From: an uncultured Burkholderiales bacterium
GTDB taxonomy: Bacteria > Actinomycetota > Acidimicrobiia > IMCC26256 > JAMXLJ01
DNA length: 24,000 nucleotides
Reading direction: 5' to 3'
Assembly: GCA_964548555.1 (NCBI GenBank)
Contig: CAZJSY010000002.1
Coordinates: forward strand, 1-24,000
Below, in pieces: positions 22,875 through 24,000 of this stretch. Position 1 is the first letter of the stretch. Every line of letters begins with the position of its first letter. The notes beneath the pieces were generated by a model. That model made no database searches and was not told the DNA's origin. It saw nothing but the letters and a program-made list of their open reading frames with translations. The translations under genes were made by a program, and so were the position numbers.

Positions 22875-23072
22875 ATGACCGTTGCCGGACCGCTGCCGGT
22901 GCTGCTTCCGTCGGGCACGCGGGTCGAGGTGTGCAACCGGTTCTGCCGGTCGTGGAGCGGTGGTTTCGAGATCATCGAGGCGACGTCCGACGGCTACCGA
23001 CTCCGCCGGTGCTCGGACCGCTACGAGCTCCCCGGTCGGTTCGCTCCCGAGGAGATCCGGCGCGCCTTCTGA
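22875..23072 (+). CDS. Hypothetical small Cys-containing protein (65 aa)
   Basis: ATG 22875 is preceded by GAGGAG with a 6-nt spacer. GC3 is about 88%. Sequence MTVAGPLPVLLPSGTRVEVCNRFCRSWSGGFEIIEATSDGYRLRRCSDRYELPGRFAPEEIRRAF. The track ORF start at 22815 is judged an extension. Confidence 0.55.
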   Translation: MTVAGPLPVLLPSGTRVEVCNRFCRSWSGGFEIIEATSDGYRLRRCSDRYELPGRFAPEEIRRAF

Positions 23073-23210
23073 GCGTGAACGCGGCGCGTGCGCCGCTCCT
23101 CGCCTCGCCGCAACCTGTACGGCGACGCCGGGCACGCCCGGGGGGAGTGACGTACCCGGCCGTCGCCGGAGCGTGCCCGCGTGCGACCGTGGTGACGCGG
23201 CCCTGCCCCG

Positions 23211-23399
23211 TCAGACCTCCAGCGGGCTGTCGGGTAGCAGCCGATCAACCTGGTTGAGGAGCAGGCCGAACTCGTCCCAGAGCCTTTGACGCGCGTCCGT
23301 GTCCTCGCTCAGCCGAATCGAGTCGACGACGCCGGCCGCGGCCCGCAGGCTTGCAGAGATCTGTGACAGGACCTCGTCGCCGATCGTGGTCTTGATCAC
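23211..23399 (-). CDS. Hypothetical small helical protein (62 aa)
   Basis: GTG 23399..23397. GC3 is about 85%. Sequence (M)IKTTIGDEVLSQISASLRAAAGVVDSIRLSEDTDARQRLWDEFGLLLNQVDRLLPDSPLEV. No Shine-Dalgarno sequence and no family recognised. Confidence 0.4.
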   Translation of the reverse strand: MIKTTIGDEVLSQISASLRAAAGVVDSIRLSEDTDARQRLWDEFGLLLNQVDRLLPDSPLEV

Positions 23400-23590
23400 G
23401 GCACGAGCGAACCATGCCCGTCTGTCGGCAGCGTCGCGATCGCGTTACGGGACGGTGGCGGCTGACTGCACACCAGCTGTAGGAGACACGAGCGGCGAAA
23501 TGGGGCCGGACGGCCTATTCCAGGTTCGTCTCGGTTCCTGCATCCTGCCGTGGGCGGCCTGCTGGGAGGAGGACTCCGACAGGTCAGGCG

Positions 23591-24000
23591 ATGAACACAG
23601 GTCGAAACGAACGTGGCGGTGGAGGCACCGGCCGGAACGGTGCGGCGCACCGCCTCGGGCTCGTGGGATTCGTCGTGGTGTGCGCGATCGCCGCGTCTGG
23701 ATGTTTCGTGATGCCGACCCCGGTTGCAGGCCCTGCCCCTGCGCCCTCGTCCGCGGCACCCGCGACTTCCGTTGCCGCCTCTACGGCGACGGTTCCGGCG
23801 AGCATGGTCGGATTCTCGACCGCGGGCGGCGTGCTCTGGGAGACCGACGCGCAGCTCGCAGCGGACCTCCAGGCGATCGCGGCCACCGGTGCGCGTTGGA
23901 TCCGTGTTTCGTTCGACTGGAACTCGGTGCAACCCACCACCGGTGACCCGACGCAGTCGCACTGGTCCGCCGAGGACCGTGTCGTCAACGCAGCACGCGC
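23591..24000 (+). CDS. Putative secreted lipoprotein, possibly a glycoside-hydrolase-like TIM-barrel enzyme, N-terminal 136 codons (runs off the right edge)
   Basis: Hand translation from ATG 23591 gives MNTGRNERGGGGTGRNGAAHRLGLVGFVVVCAIAASGCFVMPTPVAGPAPAPSSAAPATSVAASTATVPASMVGFSTAGGVLWETDAQLAADLQAIAATGARWIRVSFDWNSVQPTTGDP... The frame is open to position 24000. It has a signal peptide with the lipobox AASGC and a Pro/Ala/Ser linker. WIRVSFDWNSVQP resembles GH5/GH39-type N-termini; that part is inference. It is absent from the ORF track, and the 134-aa minus ORF 23584..23988 is its shadow. Confidence 0.6.
   Translation, partial: MNTGRNERGGGGTGRNGAAHRLGLVGFVVVCAIAASGCFVMPTPVAGPAPAPSSAAPATSVAASTATVPASMVGFSTAGGVLWETDAQLAADLQAIAATGARWIRVSFDWNSVQPTTGDPTQSHWSAEDRVVNAAR

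Noticed and set aside
1-24000. Search for mobile elements, CRISPR arrays, tRNA/rRNA genes, phage or defence-system signatures, and a compositional island
   Set aside because: None found: no transposase, integrase or recombinase motifs, no spaced direct-repeat array, no terminal inverted repeats flanking a block, no tRNA-like cloverleaf region, and uniformly high GC apart from a few short intergenic patches. The window reads as core chromosome with a metabolic accessory operon.

Overview
High-GC (roughly 70%) Actinomycetota-like chromosomal segment with no tRNA, rRNA, CRISPR array, transposase or integrase that I can see. Left edge: the dnaK-grpE-dnaJ chaperone operon on the minus strand (dnaJ truncated at position 1), diverging from a small DUF2630-like ORF. 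The core (5680..16969, minus strand, plus a convergent hypF at 3405..5711) is a complete group 1h (formerly group 5, 'high-affinity/atmospheric H2') [NiFe]-hydrogenase locus. Its gene order is: 27-aa hydrophobic micro-ORF, SIS-HypC-SIS fusion, hhyS, hhyL, NifU-like protein, Cys-motif protein, two further conserved unknowns, maturation endopeptidase, 35-aa membrane micro-ORF, hypC, hypD, hypE, and a Gly-rich 135-aa unknown. Most junctions are 1-4 nt start/stop overlaps (ATGA, GTGA, TGATG). hypA and hypB are not in the window. A co-oriented MASE1 histidine kinase / NarL-type response regulator pair sits directly upstream of the operon (17360..19614). To the right lie a translationally coupled amidohydrolase_2 / PhyH-type dioxygenase pair, three isolated small ORFs, and a truncated lipoprotein gene running off the right edge. 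The hydrogenase itself is a known enzyme class. The under-described parts are its accessory genes: the SIS-HypC-SIS fusion, the three coupled unknown proteins, two micro-ORFs absent from the ORF track, a NifU-like protein with a degenerate Cys motif, and several strong inverted repeats in the few real intergenic gaps. Family names are recognised from sequence motifs by memory, and no database search was run. Most long ORFs in the track that lie opposite the called genes are high-GC antisense shadows.
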